Of a stretch of DNA of 64,000 nt, positions 26,901 through 39,635 are shown in pieces. The stretch is from Octopus sinensis (taxonomy: Eukaryota): NCBI RefSeq assembly GCF_006345805.1, contig NC_042997.1, positions 55,304,001 through 55,368,000 on the forward strand, in the 5' to 3' direction. The position numbers and the translations under genes are program-made. The notes beneath the pieces were generated by a model. The model was not told the DNA's origin and did not search any database. It saw nothing but the letters and a program-made list of their open reading frames with translations. How positions within the stretch are numbered: position 1 is the first letter of the stretch; each line of letters opens with the position of its first letter.

Positions 26901-29323
26901 CAGTGATTCCCAATAAGGTCCCTGAGGCCCACCGGTGGTCCCCAGAGAATTTCTAGTGGTCCCATAAATAAATTGAAGCCATTTTAGATCTACACAATAT
27001 TGTTCGATAATAAAGACACTGTTAGTTAATAATAATTTATATGAAGACAGAATAATAATAAGATAACAAAATTCAATAATTATTCCATAAGAATCATTAA
27101 TGTATAATATATAATCAATAATATATTACAATCAAGAATTACATAATTTAAATTTTACACTCAGAACAGTTTCATAATAAAGTTCATATTTTTAATAGAT
27201 CACTACGCAACATTGTTTAATAATACATTTGATACTTTTAATTTATAAAAATAAAGTATTTTTATACATCTTACTTTTATAGAAATAAAGAATTGAGGAA
27301 CTATATATTTGTAGTCCATAAAGAAGATTTTATGTTTTGGTTTTGTATCTGTAGACTCAAAAACCTATGTGGCTTGAATGTGATGTCATCATAACAGATC
27401 AATCCATTAAGAAAGTTAAGCTGGAGTAGCACCAGAAATTAAGGCATCCATCATCTGTTTGTAAAGGTAGGGAATATTTTGAGGATAGAAAGAAAATACA
27501 GCCAATCAAACTACCCAAGTTTGTAAAGAAGATAAATACTGAAAAAGTAAAGACACTCAAACCAAGATAGTTGGTCTCTGAAATTATTGCCTAGGTTGCA
27601 GCACCTCAGATTTATGGTGAGATGCTTGTCAAGCCTGCTATGATAGCTTATGCAAATGAGGTTCTGAGAAAAGATGCTGCATCTACTCTGAGTACAATTC
27701 CACTTTCAACTAACACAGTTACAAGAAGACAGGATGAAATGTCTAATTTTGTTGAGGAGAAGATTGTGGAAATTCTCCAAAAGACAAATTTTTCTATCCA
27801 GGTTGATGATAGCACAATTCATAACCAAACTATCCTGCTGGTGTATGTCAGATTCATCCATGAAGATGATATAAAGGAAGAAATGTTATTCATTAAAAGT
27901 TTGTCTCAAGCTACTAATGGAGAAGATATATTCAATGAAGTAATGTAGTATTTTAATGATAGAAATATTCCATTGACTAATTTGATCAACATTGCATCAG
28001 ATGGAGCTGCAGCAATGACTGGAAAAGTGAAAGGCTTTGTCTCTAGAATGAAGTCAGTTGCTCCTAACATTTTTTTAATATACATTGCATTATCCACAAA
28101 CAGCATTTGGTCGCTAAGAATATTGGAGGACACACGGAAGAAGCTCTCAACACTACCATTCATGCAATTAACTTTGTCAAATCAATCTCAGTGAATAATA
28201 GATTTTTTATGCAATTCTGTGAAGATGAAGATTTTAAAACCCTAATGCTTCACACAAAAGTAAGAAGGTTGTCAAAAGGCCTGAGCTTTGAAAGACTAGT
28301 GAATTTGTAGGAACCATTAATCAACTTTCTCATGTTCAAGAGTCAGATGACTCATTACAACTCCAAGAAGCAAGCTGATACAGCTAAGAAAATTTTGGAA
28401 AAGCTTTCTGAGTTTAAATCAAAAATATTCTATTTGAGTGATATTTTTAAAACAGTGAATCTGCTTAACTTAGAGCTGCAAGGTAGAAAATCAGATTTGG
28501 TCACCTGTTCTCAGAAGATAAATGGGTATAGGGGGAAAATAAAATTTAGGAAAAAACAGTTTTAAAAAAAATTTGGCATCATTTCAAAATTCCTACATCA
28601 GAATACATTGCTGCATGCATTGCCCATCTCGAAGGCCTTCATGTAGACCTTGATAGAAGATACAATGATTTATTAATGATGGATACCATGATCTATTAAA
28701 GATGGATTATCCACTCTGGTTTGTAGAGCTAGAAAATTATGAGCCAGGAGAGGAAAATTTTGAGTTGGCTGAAATGTTGTTGGATTTGAAAGAGAATATG
28801 AAACTGAGAAGAAGAGTTGAGAAAGAAAGTGTCTTTGCCTACATATCAATAAAGGAATCACACCCAAATATTTTTCGATATGTAGAAGCAGGCATCATTT
28901 CTTTCTCTACCACATGGATGGTTGAATCTGCATTTTCAGTTATTGTAGATATTTTTAAGTAGAAAAAGAAATAGATTACATGTCAACAGCGGAGGAACTA
29001 TCACACTGAGACTAAATGAGTTCATTAAAATTAATTATATCTTGTGTCAGAAACACCAATATCAAGCTAGTCCCTAGCTGAATGGACTAAAAATGAACGA
29101 CTTTATGAAAATGATTTGATATCTTGTCTTTATCTTTGTTTACTAAAGTAAATTTTAAATTTTATCTTTTGTTTGCTAAAATAAATTTTAAAGTGTGTTT
29201 TATCTTTTCATTAAGTATTTTAGTGTGAAAATAGAACAGCATAAAATAAAAGTAGAAGTGGTCCCTAGAAAAAATTTCAAGTAAAAAAATGGTCCCTGGG
29301 CTGAAAAAGGTTGGGAACCACTG
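26901..29323 (+). mobile_element. Complete hAT DNA transposon, Buster/ZBED8-SCAND3-like, transposase pseudogenised
   Basis: TIRs CAGTGATTCCCAA and TTGGGAACCACTG; perfect 8-bp TSD ATATAACC (26893-26900, 29324-29331); subterminal GGTCCC repeats. Confidence 0.95.
27560..29080 (+). pseudogene. Buster-type hAT transposase with stops and frameshifts
   Basis: IPLSTNTVTRR, FSIQVDDST, ASDGAAAMTG, HCIIHKQHLVAK, HTKVRRLSKG, FYLSDIF..NLLNLELQG, FSTTWMVESAFS motifs across frames. Confidence 0.92.
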
Positions 29324-29768
29324 ATATAACCTATATATAAAAACAAATATTTGTACATGGAAATCAATGCACACAAACACACATATATATGGATATATAT
29401 TTGGATGTGAGTGTGTATGAAAGCATTTGCGTGTTTATACATATTATACATATTATCAATGTATGTATGCATGTATGCATATATGTATGTAATAACTATG
29501 ATTAAATCAACGTAGTTGACTTACTCATTGAACTATTTTTAGATAAATGTGTTGAAATACATACATTATCGAAATACATATGACGTAGTTATATGACGAA
29601 TTACTTTGTTATAAGGAATACATATATATATATATTGACATTGTTCTCGAAAGCATATATATACATATATACATACATATAGATTGACGTTGCAGTACTA
29701 AACATATATATGCATATATACAAATGGATTGATGTTGCTATGCTCAACATATATATTGATTTCGAATT

Positions 29769-29982
29769 GATTTCAAATTTTGGTACTTGGCCAGCAATTT
29801 GGGGAGAGAAGTGAAGTCGATTACATTGGCCCAAGTGCTCAGCAGGTACTTATTTTATCGACCCCGAAATGTTCAAAGGCAAAGTCGACGTCGGTGGAAT
29901 TTGAACTCAGAATGTAAAGACGGATGAAATGCCGCCTAGCATTTTGTCCGGCATGCGAAAGAATCTGCTAGCTCACAGTCTT
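29769..29982 (-). mobile_element. tRNA-derived SINE, diverged copy
   Basis: Homologous to 5835-6053 and 20485-20717. Confidence 0.8.
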
Positions 29983-30079
29983 ATAGTGAACATATAGATT
30001 AAAATAATATAGTAGCTAAAATATACCTGAAATACAATGTTTGGAGAAAACACACACACGCCACACATTAATAGAAGGA

Positions 30080-30250
30080 GAGGGAGAGAAAGAGAGAGAA
30101 ATAAATAGATAGACAGACAGTCGTACAGAAAGATAAATATGATAGACATAAACAGTCACATAGACGGACTGACGGACAGACGGACGGACAGACAGACAGA
30201 CATACAGACATACAGACAGACAGATAGATAGATAAATAGATAGATAGATT

Positions 30251-30320
<70 letters not shown>

Positions 30321-30373
30321 CAGGTTATTGAATTGAAACTGCGAACCGTCAAGAATTTCCTAGTACATAATAG

Positions 30374-30419
<46 letters not shown>

Positions 30420-30645
30420 TATATATATATATATATATACATTATACGCACACACAACACACTCATATATACATATATACATTCACACATATACAAGTAC
30501 ATATATGTATATGCATACATACACACACACATATATATATATATATGCATGTATATTCATATACATATATGTGTGTGAGTGTGTCTGTGTGTATGTGTGT
30601 GTGTGTCTGTGTGTGTGTGTGTGTGTATGTGTGTTTGTGTACTCA
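30080..30645. repeat. Compound (AG)n/(GACA)n/(GATA)n/(AT)n/(GT)n microsatellites
   Basis: Direct reading. Confidence 0.95.
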
Positions 30646-30659
30646 TAGCTAGATATGTT

Positions 30660-31009
30660 CACGTATATTTTCTGACGAAGAGCTTTGATTGAAACGTAAA
30701 ACTACCTTTCTTTCCATCCCTGAGCGTCTGCTAATACTTTGCATGTACCACGTCCTCGTGTTGTTGTTTTTCTCTTGTGTTTGTTCTTCGTTTTTTAGAT
30801 CTACTGTGACCCCGTGTGTACCGTTGGCGATTTTTTTTCCTCTGTCTTCCCTTCTCTAGATCTTTCCTTCTCCTATATTTCCGACGAAGAACTCCGCTCG
30901 AAACGTTAAACCCTCCTTCTTTCATGAGCGTACAATAATACAATATAATTGTTCCACGTCCTCGCGTTGTTGTGTTTTTTTGTTTTTTTGTGCTTTCTTG
31001 TTTGGATTA

Positions 31010-31012
<3 letters not shown>
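30660..31012 (+). mobile_element. PLE pLTR-like repeat, partial tandem of two related units each with a hammerhead-like motif
   Basis: CTGACGAAGAGCTTTGATTGAAACGTA (30672) and CCGACGAAGAACTCCGCTCGAAACGTT (30881), each followed by TGAGCGT..CCACGTCCTCGnGTTGTTG; 30805-31012 aligns with 47850-48056. Confidence 0.75.
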
Positions 31013-31064
<52 letters not shown>

Positions 31065-31539
31065 ATGTGTGTGTGTGTGTGTGTGTATGTATATATATAT
31101 ATATATATATATGTATAGCAATAAGAAAATGGAGAGAATCAATAGGTGGTTCATAAACTTTTAGACATTATATTATGTTAACTTATATATTTATTTATTT
31201 ACTAAACTGATAATTACAATAATATACATACATATAACTTATTATGCTTTACATATAAGATATAAAATATAGTAATATATAAGGATACTAGTAATTATCA
31301 TAAAATAACAAGCATGAAGAAAATTGGGAAAATAACTTACAGCTATTTCAGCCAATAGATAAAATTACATCATTCTACCTTTATTACTCAAGTGGAGTGA
31401 AGTAATAGGTAGATGAAAAAGAGGTACTTGGGTATATCACTAGGCTTCGTCAGAGATTATAAAGTACATAGTGTTAAGTTATAAATATAAATATAAAATA
31501 AATAAAATATACACACAATTGAACACATATATGTAGATA

Positions 31540-31844
31540 TCACCGTGACCGACCAGGCTATCATATGCTATCATACACATCGTTGGTCACAATGCGCTTC
31601 GTATTGTTTTAGCCTTCAAATGACGCCACCCCGCTGGCTAAGTGAGCAGGCCAACAGAAGAAAGAGTGAGAGAAAGTTGTGGCGAAAGAGTACAGCAGGG
31701 ATCGCCACCACCCACTGCCGGAGGCTCGTGGAGCTTTAGGTGTTTTCGCTTAATAAACACTCACAACGCCCGGTCTGGGAATCGAAACCGCGATTATACG
31801 ACTGCGAGTCCGCTGCCCTAACCACTAGGCCATTGCGCCTCCAC
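31540..31844 (-). mobile_element. tRNA-derived SINE, second family, full length
   Basis: Minus head GGAGGCGCAATGGCCTAGTGGTTAGGGCAGCGGACTC..GGTTTCGATTCCCAG with A and B boxes. Confidence 0.9.
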
Positions 31845-31934
31845 TATATAGATAAACGGTTATATTTATATGTGAGGACGTATATAATAAATATATGTAT
31901 CTATCTATCTTCTACCTATCTCTCTCTCTCTCTC

Positions 31935-31959
31935 TATTATATATATATATTATTATATA

Positions 31960-32011
<52 letters not shown>

Positions 32012-32087
32012 ATATACATATAATATATATATATATGTATATATATTATATATATATATGTATATATATACGATATATATATTTATA

Positions 32088-32171
<84 letters not shown>

Positions 32172-32251
32172 CACATATAAATATTATGTATATATATATA
32201 TATATTATATGTTATATATATATATATATATTATATATATGTATATATATC

Positions 32252-32282
<31 letters not shown>

Positions 32283-32320
32283 CATATATATATACACATA
32301 TATATATATATATATATATG

Positions 32321-32388
<68 letters not shown>

Positions 32389-32395
32389 ATATAAT
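31935..32395. repeat. Long imperfect (AT)n tract
   Basis: Direct reading. Confidence 0.95.
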
Positions 32396-32398
32396 GTA

Positions 32399-32491
32399 CA
32401 GTAATCCTCGACTATGGCGGCTGTTACGTTCCAAATAACCCGCGGTAGGTGAATCGCGGTTGGTGAGCCGCGATATGGCGATGGATTACTG
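32399..32491. mobile_element. 93-bp Tc1/mariner (pogo/Tigger-like) MITE
   Basis: TA|CAGTAATCCTCG..CGATGGATTACTG|TA; TIRs with TA duplication. Confidence 0.75.
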
Positions 32492-32707
32492 TATATACGT
32501 GTGTACCACACTCTCAGTCTTTCTCTTTCACTCGCTCTTTGTCGGTATGTGTGTTGTGTGTGTGTGCTGTGTGTATGTACGCGCATATATGTAATGCATG
32601 TATATATGCATGTGTGTATGTACGTATGTATGTATGTATATAGGCACATAGATAAATGAATGAATTTGGGGAGGTGAGTTTGATAAAAGCGCGCAAAACC
32701 ACTCACA

Positions 32708-32771
<64 letters not shown>

Positions 32772-33113
32772 TAGATAGATAGTAGGCTGAAAGATAGATA
32801 GATAAATACATACATACAATCATGTATTTGTATGTATATTATATATATATATATATATTATAATAAGAGATATACATACGGATGTATAAATATTTTAAAG
32901 AACATACCTATCTGTTTCTATATACATTACATATATATGGATATATACACATCCATGAGTATGTATGCACACATGCATATATACACACAGGTGAATATAT
33001 GCACATACATATATATTTCAGGGTAGTAAAATATTAGCTAGAAATGTTTTTACCTCCGTAGCCTAGCGTGTAGAAAAACTAGTCAATAGACTATATATTA
33101 TTCATTATATATA

Positions 33114-33270
33114 CAGTGTACATTTAAACACTTAAGAGATGGCCATAATTGGACATCTAAACTGCTAGAAGGAGTAGTTAAAATCCAGGTCAGGCTTGGA
33201 TTTTAACTACTCCTTCTAGCAGTTTAAATGCCCGATTACGGCCATCTCTTATGTGTTTAAATGTACACTG
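33114..33270. mobile_element. 157-bp palindromic MITE with TA TSD
   Basis: 74-bp arms (33114-33187, 33197-33270), 5 mismatches, 9-nt loop, TA on both sides. Confidence 0.85.
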
Positions 33271-34060
33271 TATATATATGTATATATATATAATACGAAA
33301 ACTAGGCGAAAGGGGAACTGAGAAAGAAGAGAGAGAGAGAGAGAGAGAGAGAGGATGGGTGGGGAATAAAGTGACTTAGGTCAGGTTAGCCATATTCAAG
33401 CATAACTATGATGCGATTATGTCCCAACAAATAACATAAGTGCATTAACACCAGGATCAGATTATGCAACGTTCTCTAACAGTAAGGCTTACTTTGAGAG
33501 AGAATTAACTGCTCTTTTTAGCATTCTTCTTCGTTGACAGGGCATTGCGTAGAAAAGCAGAAAAGAATGGCGTGATAGAAAATGAACAAGATTGTTCTTG
33601 AAATACTCTTTGACGAGTCGAAAAGAATGAACTTCTGTTTCCAATTATCAAATTAGACCCGCTTGTGTGCTATGACGCGAGACCCCACGTGATATACATG
33701 CTGACATGTTACAGAGTAAATACGAACAAGTAAAACAACAATCATAAATGACAGAGAAACTACATACAAACAATGCGATAGAAACAAGCGACGTACATAA
33801 GGATGACAGCAACAAAGAATGATGAGTTAAATAAATTAAATTTGGGTGGGGAAGAAACATTTTAATATTTTAAAGTGAAGAGTCACTACCGCATGGCTCT
33901 CTACTTAACATTTTTACGTCTCCAATCTATTAATATAAACACGCACATGCAGACACAACACAGGCACACATACACTCACCTATGTATGTATGTATGTATG
34001 TATGTATGTATGTATGTATGTATGTATGTATGTATGTATGTATGTATGCACGTATGTATG

Positions 34061-34107
<47 letters not shown>

Positions 34108-34145
34108 TATGTATATGACAACGCATAAATACATTCATACATACA

Positions 34146-34179
<34 letters not shown>

Positions 34180-34652
34180 CATACATACATACACATATAT
34201 ATACGCGTGCAAGGTTCTTCAAATATTTAAATTCTCAGATCAAATCTGCCGGGGATGACTTTGTCTCTATCCCACCCGGGTGCCAAATGTATTTTGAGGT
34301 TAATGGCATAGACTTTCATCCAGACATCAAAATTATATATATGGATGTATAGATAGATAGATTAAGAGATACATATTTACATATATACATGCATACATAC
34401 ATACATGTATACATACAGGCATACATACATACATACATATATACACACATACATACATACATACATACATGTGTATACATCTATGCATGCGTACACACAA
34501 ATACACATACATACAAGCATATGTGTGTATACAATCACATATGTGTGGTGGTCATGTGTATGTTCGCATTTGTACATGTACCCTTACATCCGGTCAGATT
34601 ATGTAATGAATTCCCCAAGCTGAAGAGAAAGTAGAAATCTGTTGTTGTTGTT

Positions 34653-34656
34653 TTTG

Positions 34657-34700
<44 letters not shown>

Positions 34701-34796
34701 ATTTTTATTATTATTATTATTATTCAGGTCACTGCCTGAAATCGAACTCGGAATCTTGGGATTAGTAGCCCGCGCTCTTAACCACTACGCCATATA
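34653..34796 (-). mobile_element. Short tRNA-head SINE-like element with (TAA)n tail
   Basis: Minus ATATGGCGTAGTGGTTAAGAGCGCGGGCTACTAATCCCAAGATTCCGAGTTCGATTTCAGGCAGTGACCTG then (AAT)n. Confidence 0.75.
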
Positions 34797-36525
34797 TTCA
34801 TGGATATATGGCGTAGTGGCTGGTTAATAAAAATTGTGTACGTTGTATTACAACCACCATGAGACCCTTTAGTATGAACAAATGTAACATCAGTAAGTAG
34901 ATACGAACTTATAAACTTGAAGTTATATCGACGTCCAAAAGCGCGAACTAGAAGTCAATACACATTTTTCAATTTTGAATGCATGGAAATTTTTAAAAGA
35001 CTGAAATTTTTAAAAGACTGAAACAACTAGCCTCAGTAAACTTCATACTGAAGCTGTTTATAAGATTTCCTCATATTCAAATACATTGAAGCAGTTCAAT
35101 GAAGGAGTTGATAGACTGCAGTATCTCCCAGGAAAACTTTAAAGTGAAAGAGTTTAATTACAAGAAGTTCGTGTACTTATTAAAGTTTAAGGGTTGCTCT
35201 GTCAGCCTTATTGAAAATGCCGATTAAACAAGCATGGCGTTTGATTATGCACTATATCACAGTGGATCCCCCATAGAAAATGTACAGATTCAGCAATATA
35301 TCGGTGTTTGGCTGACGGTTTAAGATTACTGCTTTATATATATATTCTTCAAGAGGGAAACCATAATATCAATACAGTTCCTTTGGGACGTTTGCAGTCG
35401 AGTGCATGTAAAGTTGGATAGACGTGAAACTACTCCGGGATTGAATCGAGACTATCTGGTCCAGACAAGAAATGGTAACCAGGAAAGTACGTAATCTATT
35501 TTATCGCCCGAATGCGGCAGATGATGAATATGGTACTTACTGAACACAGCATTCAATAAATGTGGAATATTATGGAACTGATGAAAAGTTTATTTATATG
35601 CCCAATAGTCGTAAGAAGAAAAAAACGTTTATTTTAGGGTAAACACTTGTGTACTGAAGATAATACTGTACTCGTGTCCCAATGGAGAATCGGTGTCTCA
35701 TCGAATGAGTGAAGCAGCTCTGTCGGTATTTCAGCCCTTTCCATCACAACTGCAGAGCTGCCCGGGTGCAACCAGTAATATAGGCGACAAAACTCCTGCA
35801 TAGCACCCAAGCTTTGTAGAGTTAGATGTTGTGACTCTGGGCTAGATGTTTTTACCATCCTCAACGCTCGTTCTTGTATCACTCGCCCCACCTCTTGAGC
35901 TAGAGATGTAATGGCTTGCTTTTGTAGTGGCTTCCAATAATTTTCAGGCACTCTCTATCCTCTCTTTAACAGCTAGTCCAAGACTACTGAGCATCGAATG
36001 AATCCTGGTTCCCATAAATTCTCTAACATCTATCTCTATAGGAAGATATATTGCCTCCCTTCCTTTTCTTTTATAGAAATGCTTGACTGGGGATATCTTC
36101 AGAGACATTACAAAAATATTTCTAAAATGTTACTTCTCACATGCTGTAGGTTAAACTAAAAATGACAATTTGTGATGGGAATAGTGGAGTACTGGAATTC
36201 TTGTTGCAGAAGCTGCGAACGACAACGACCTGTACAAAGAAGCATTGTTTGTAAAAACAATAAATTGTAACATTTCTCATACCTTAAAATACTCCTCTAT
36301 ACAAGTATAATACGGTTATTAAATATTGATTTCCAATTTTAGCACAAGACCAATGGTCACTGAATTTTGAAAATACTAAAGCTTAAATACATTGCTAATG
36401 ATTTATATTTGCAAAATATAAGCGGTCGGCAAAAAGTTTACAGGCTAATATACTAAGAGTCATACAAACATTTAATTTTGATTAGTATTTTCAAAGAAAA
36501 GGCCTATCGTGCATATCGCTTTATG

Positions 36526-36623
<98 letters not shown>

Positions 36624-36779
36624 TATATAATATATATATATACATACATACACACACACACACTATGTATATGACAACGCATAAATACATTCATACATAC
36701 ATGCATATTTATATATATATATATGAACATACATACATACACATATATATACGCGTGCAAGGGTCTTCAAATATTTTCC

Positions 36780-37460
36780 TATTTTCTAGTGAAAACACTT
36801 TCGAATTACTTATTGAGTGCTTCACTTATCCTGTTGGGATCTGCAGTCGGTGAGCCTTTTTATCAAACAGCGACCCTATCTTGTATCGCACTGAAGCAAA
36901 CAACTTTGCCAACTTGAAGAAGGCTTTCCACCGCCCTGGCTTCTCTCTTTACCCTTTCTTTTTCAAGGGAGAGTCTGATTTTATTTTCAGTCTCCAAGAG
37001 CGCCATTTAGAAGTAGAGCTTTTGTTGTCATTAGGCTCCTTATTTTAAGCGATTCAAGACCTTTATCCTCCGTCTTATTGGGTTTCTTCTATCTCGTGGA
37101 ATAATGTTCTTGTGTGTGGTGGCTTTCTTCTCTGGGACAAACTTAATGCATGTGGCTCGCATTATCGACATGAATTCATTGAATTTTATGTCAGTGTCTT
37201 ACGTGGGAAGATTTTAAGCAAGTTTTGATGGGGTATCTCTTTGTAAGCTTTGTAGAAGTTGAGGTTGGCTAGCGCATAGGATCCAGCAGTGTTGTATGAT
37301 TCTTTAATTAGCTTTGGACCACATATTGACAGTTCCACCATGTTATGGCCAGAGTGGGTTGACGGTGATATGTTTATATATATACTTCCAATAATGGGGG
37401 TAATCGCAGTAATGTGGAAATTGAATCCCAAAGTTACCAACAAAAGCGACTCCAACTCCC
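36780..37460 (-). mobile_element. CR1-group LINE ORF2 fragment (APE C-terminus and linker), decayed
   Basis: IIGSIYINISPSTHSGHNMVELSI (SDHN-like), [75 protein letters not shown]; parallels 44950-45620. Confidence 0.75.
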
Positions 37461-37604
37461 ACTCTCAACGTGGAAGCTCAGCGAGAGGAACCAGCCACAA
37501 CACAGGTGCAGCCGGGTTCAAACCTAAGAGCGTACCCATAAACGCAACCAGAAAATTCTACATAAAAGGAGTCTGCTGGTATGGAGAGAAGTGGGCACAT
37601 TGCC

Positions 37605-37638
<34 letters not shown>

Positions 37639-37862
37639 CTTAGAATAATATATATTATATTATATCATATATGTCATAATGTATATATATATTATATTAT
37701 ATACATTTTATATTATATATATTATATATATATATTATACCTTATATTCTACATATATATTATAATATACATATATATATTATATATATTATATATATAT
37801 ATCATATATTTTATTATATATATTATATGTATATTATACATATATATATATCATATATATGT

Positions 37863-37901
<39 letters not shown>

Positions 37902-37935
37902 TTGTATGTGTGTACCATATGTTACATATATATTA
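37605..37935. repeat. Imperfect (AT)n tract
   Basis: Direct reading. Confidence 0.9.
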
Positions 37936-38111
37936 TATCATACCTTGATACTGTGTTGACTGAGGTCCCCATTGATAGGCCGCTGGTGTTAATAGGGTTA
38001 AACATTTTTGGTATGCAAATTTGGGTCTCATTCATAGGGTAACTGGTGCATTTGTTGAGTATTTAAACAGTTTGGATGCTTGCCTTTCTGGTGACTGTCA
38101 GATTGATGTAG

Positions 38112-38150
38112 ACACCGCTGATGAGAGCCCAATAAGGTTCGAAAATGAAA
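38112..38150 (+). ncRNA. Hammerhead-like motif, intact core and stem II, damaged stem III
   Basis: CTGATGA(38118)-GAGCC-CAATAA-GGTTC-GAAA-ATG. Confidence 0.5.
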
Positions 38151-38226
38151 TAAGGTTGTGCATAACTTTTTTTTCTGTCTGCGGAGAAATGGCTAAAATT
38201 TGGCCTGTTAATAATTACACCGTATA

Positions 38227-38285
<59 letters not shown>

Positions 38286-38429
38286 TATATATATACTAAT
38301 AAAAGGGTTCAGCAAGATTTGCCGTGTGAAACGATCCTTTTTTCATACCGAATTCTACTTGGTGAAATTATTGATTACTACTTAATTAATTAATTTTACC
38401 CTTTGTTATTATATATATATATATAACAT

Positions 38430-38921
38430 ACATGCGATATCACTGAATATCAGATGGTGGACATGTCGTTTGATTAGGTTACTTATGATGTCATGTGTTT
38501 ACGTTATGTGTTACGTCATGTGTTAATTGCAATGTCATACGATGCTGCATTCTTATTGATTATTATAGTTGGGCACTGTCACTGGTTGTTGTGACGTTAA
38601 CTATCTATCTGTGATGTCATATTGTAAATGATGGTAATATCTTAATGGTGGCATTATCAGTTGTGACACCACGCATTTATGTTTTGCTTACTCTCGGTCC
38701 CGAATTCTCCGGAAAAAAAAAGGTTTTGCAGGCACCTAGTCTTATCATATGGGAAGCCCCTAGTCTTATCATTAATGGTGTGAAACTGAGTATTACCAAT
38801 TAGTTGATAACTCAAGAAGTGTTTGTCTCCCGTCCGGTTGTACACACAGTATGCATTATGTTGTTTGTTTATTTACCATATATTTTCGTTTATTAAGTAA
38901 TGGAATGCAACACACACCGCT

Positions 38922-38975
<54 letters not shown>

Positions 38976-39635
38976 ATTTATCTATCTGTATGTGTGTGCG
39001 CGCGCGTGTGTATACTTATATATGCCTAGGATAACTCAGTTAAACCTTGACTGAGTTTCTTATACTTAGAACGGTGTAACTATAATGGTACATGCGTAAC
39101 TGTGTTGATTTTGTGAGATTAAGCCAGCATTTGTGATAATAATAAGCGATGTTTCTCACACAAAGACACATACATTGGAAATGACAATGTGCTTATAACA
39201 CTATAATATGCTCCATATGGGAAAATTGTAATAGCATAGCTCCAACTGCAAGTGGGGAGTTGTGATAATTTAACGTACCAGAAGACAACACAGACCCTGA
39301 TTATGTTGGGTGTGATATCAGGTTTTTAGCTGTGCTATCATATTTAATTATAAACAGCGCCATTGTTAATGTGACGTCCGAGTGAACATGCGATATCACT
39401 GAATATCAAATGGTGGACATGTCGTTTGATTAGGTTACTTATGATGTCATGTGTTTACGTCATGTGTTACGTCATGTGTTAATTGCAATGTCATACGATG
39501 CTGCATTCTTATTGATTATTATAGTCGGGCACTGTCACTGGTTGTTGTGACGTTAACTATCTATCTGTGATGTCACATTGTAAATGATGGTGATATCTTA
39601 ATGGTGGCATTATCAGTTGTAACACCACGCATTTA
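38430..39635. repeat. 250-bp direct repeat pair (38430-38679 and 39386-39635)
   Basis: Six substitutions by eye; 706-bp spacer. Confidence 0.95.

Noticed and set aside
31770-31844. tRNA genes here and at about 34735-34796, 48370-48453, 55560-55625
   Set aside because: A and B boxes present but no complete cloverleaf; continuous with SINE bodies.
36780-37460. First read as a Penelope N-terminus
   Set aside because: Other frames match the CR1-group APE-RT linker.
38430-39635. TRIM or retrozyme with 250-bp LTRs
   Set aside because: No TSD, PBS or hammerhead seen; repeat identity extends past TG..CA.
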